Source: Nitrospirota bacterium
GTDB taxonomy: Bacteria > Nitrospirota > Thermodesulfovibrionia > Thermodesulfovibrionales > JdFR-88
Assembly: GCA_021813405.1 (NCBI GenBank)
Contig: JAKAKS010000038.1
Coordinates: 42,630 to 106,629, forward strand
Direction: 5' to 3'
DNA: 64,000 nt
Shown here in pieces: positions 62,786 through 64,000 of this stretch; the first letter of the stretch is position 1, and each line of letters starts with the position of its first letter. The notes beneath the pieces are model-generated. The model was not told the DNA's origin. It was given only the letters and a program-made list of their open reading frames with translations, and did not search any database. The position numbers were made by a program, and so were the translations under genes.

Positions 62786-64000
62786 CTACTGGAGCTTGAA
62801 ATCCACCCGGCTGTTTTTCAGGTTGTCCTTCTTTTCAGGCGCAAGGGATTTTGGTTCCACCAGAAACACCCTGTCCGGGGCTACCTTCCCGGACTTTATT
62901 ATGTAGTTCTTCACCGCCAGCGCCCTTTTGGAGGCAAGCTGCCTCAGATCATCAGTTGTTACTTTTATGTGCGTAAGCATCAGTTTCTCCATCTCCGGAA
63001 CGGGGAGTTTTTTTGTGAAACCCAGAAAGGTACGCGGTTTGGGAAACTTTGCCGCCTTATACGCAAGTGTAAGATATTTGGCGTATTCGTCCTTGCCTAT
63101 CACTATCTTGTCCAGCGGGACGGCCTGCTGCCCATGCCTGATCATATCCTTAAGCTTCTGGACTTTCAGCTCATTGCCAAACAGATATTGCATGAGCCCC
63201 TCCTTGTCCCTTGCCAGGTCCACATGGCCTTCAACCTCAAGCTTCAGCGCAGGCCTGTCCGCAAGGGCTTTTTCGATGGTTTCCAGTTTCTTTATGCCTG
63301 GCGGGGCAAGGGCGTAGCTGCCGTAATCGAACTCCACATGGCTTAGTTCCTCCCCTCCTCCAAAGAGATGGCCAAGGATGGTAAAGGGCGAAGTGGCAAT
63401 CTTTACCATAAGGTTAACAAGCATTCTCAGTATGATTCTTCCAATGCTGAACTCCGGGTCGTTAAGATATCCGGAGACCGGGACATTCAGCCGTATATTG
63501 CCGTTTCTGTTTTTTAAAAGGGCTATGGCAAGTTTAATGGGCAGTTTGGTGGCCTTGGGGCTATCAACCGGATTGCCAAGCGTAAACTGGTCCAGCAGTA
63601 TATTGTTCTGGGCGTCCAGTTTTTTCTTTACGATCAGATAATGCAGATTAAGCGACAGTGCGCCCTTCGAGATGGCGTAGCCAAGATACCTGCCGGAATA
63701 AGGGGTAAGGGGGCTTAGGTCCATATTCTTGAAATCTACGTTCAGATTCACATAAAGGTCATCCCTTAACGGGTTTATCTTGCCCGTGATTTCAAGGGGG
63801 GCATAATTTTCAAGTTTTCCCCGCAGGTCCACGTCCGCAAATTTGTTCTCCTCGGAAGAAAGGCCGGATATACGCCCGCCTACATCCAGGAAACTGGAGG
63901 AGTAATTGGGCTCTATATGCTTGTCCGAGAAATTTATGATGCCGCCCTGGAATGTAACGGAATCTATCTTTATAAGCTTTCCGGTTTTCTGGGCTGGCGC
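62786..64000 (-). CDS. DUF748/AsmA-like domain protein, C-terminal ~404 aa (5' end outside the window)
   Basis: The frame stays open from 63832 to the window edge (..KIDSVTFQGGIINFSDKHIEPNY..FADVDLRGKLENYAPLEITGKINPL..). The repetitive beta-rich pattern and the tail ..VEFDYGSYALAPPGIKKLETIEKALADRPALKLEVEGHVD.. resemble DUF748 proteins. Confidence 0.6.
   Translation of the reverse strand, partial: APAQKTGKLIKIDSVTFQGGIINFSDKHIEPNYSSSFLDVGGRISGLSSEENKFADVDLRGKLENYAPLEITGKINPLRDDLYVNLNVDFKNMDLSPLTPYSGRYLGYAISKGALSLNLHYLIVKKKLDAQNNILLDQFTLGNPVDSPKATKLPIKLAIALLKNRNGNIRLNVPVSGYLNDPEFSIGRIILRMLVNLMVKIATSPFTILGHLFGGGEELSHVEFDYGSYALAPPGIKKLETIEKALADRPALKLEVEGHVDLARDKEGLMQYLFGNELKVQKLKDMIRHGQQAVPLDKIVIGKDEYAKYLTLAYKAAKFPKPRTFLGFTKKLPVPEMEKLMLTHIKVTTDDLRQLASKRALAVKNYIIKSGKVAPDRVFLVEPKSLAPEKKDNLKNSRVDFKLQ

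Overview
A 64-kb chromosomal segment from a diderm (Gram-negative-type) bacterium, judged from Pal, a TolC-family protein and a DUF748/AsmA-like protein. Hand-counted 60-nt samples give about 58% G+C in core genes. No organism assignment is attempted. Most of the window is housekeeping. In order it contains: the 3' part of selA; an OsmC-like gene; a PHP-type tyrosine phosphatase; bifunctional putA; a 7,056-nt gene for a 2,351-aa secreted mosaic repeat protein next to tRNA-Arg(CCT); a 13-gene complex I operon nuoA-nuoM that ends without nuoN; phoB-phoR-pstC-pstA-pstB-phoU without pstS and with a tandem Pho box in front of pstC; a YfhO-like membrane protein; a REC-GGDEF regulator; rarA; a 679-bp ORF-poor spacer with an orphan terminator; a tightly coupled nrdJ-pdxJ-acpS-nth operon preceded by an exact sigma-54 -24/-12 element; an orphan ABC ATPase; a 176-nt imperfect palindrome; ychF; an alpha/beta hydrolase; a Cpx-like envelope-stress module (cpxR-cpxA-99 aa ORF, divergent from a Tat-signal CpxP/Spy-like gene); a tetR-tolC-macA-macB(ATPase)-macB(permease) efflux operon; a GT39/ArnT-like glycosyltransferase; a SlyD-like FKBP; a ClC channel with CBS domains; pal; a TPP-riboswitch-controlled thiS-thiG-thiE-thiC-MBL-fold operon; and the 3' part of a DUF748 gene. 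I saw no CRISPR array, transposase, integrase, prophage or recognisable defence system. The points most worth a second look are regulatory and structural: the sigma-54 element at nrdJ, the Cpx-like module with its atypical CpxP, the long palindrome, the orphan terminator, the giant repeat protein and the missing nuoN.
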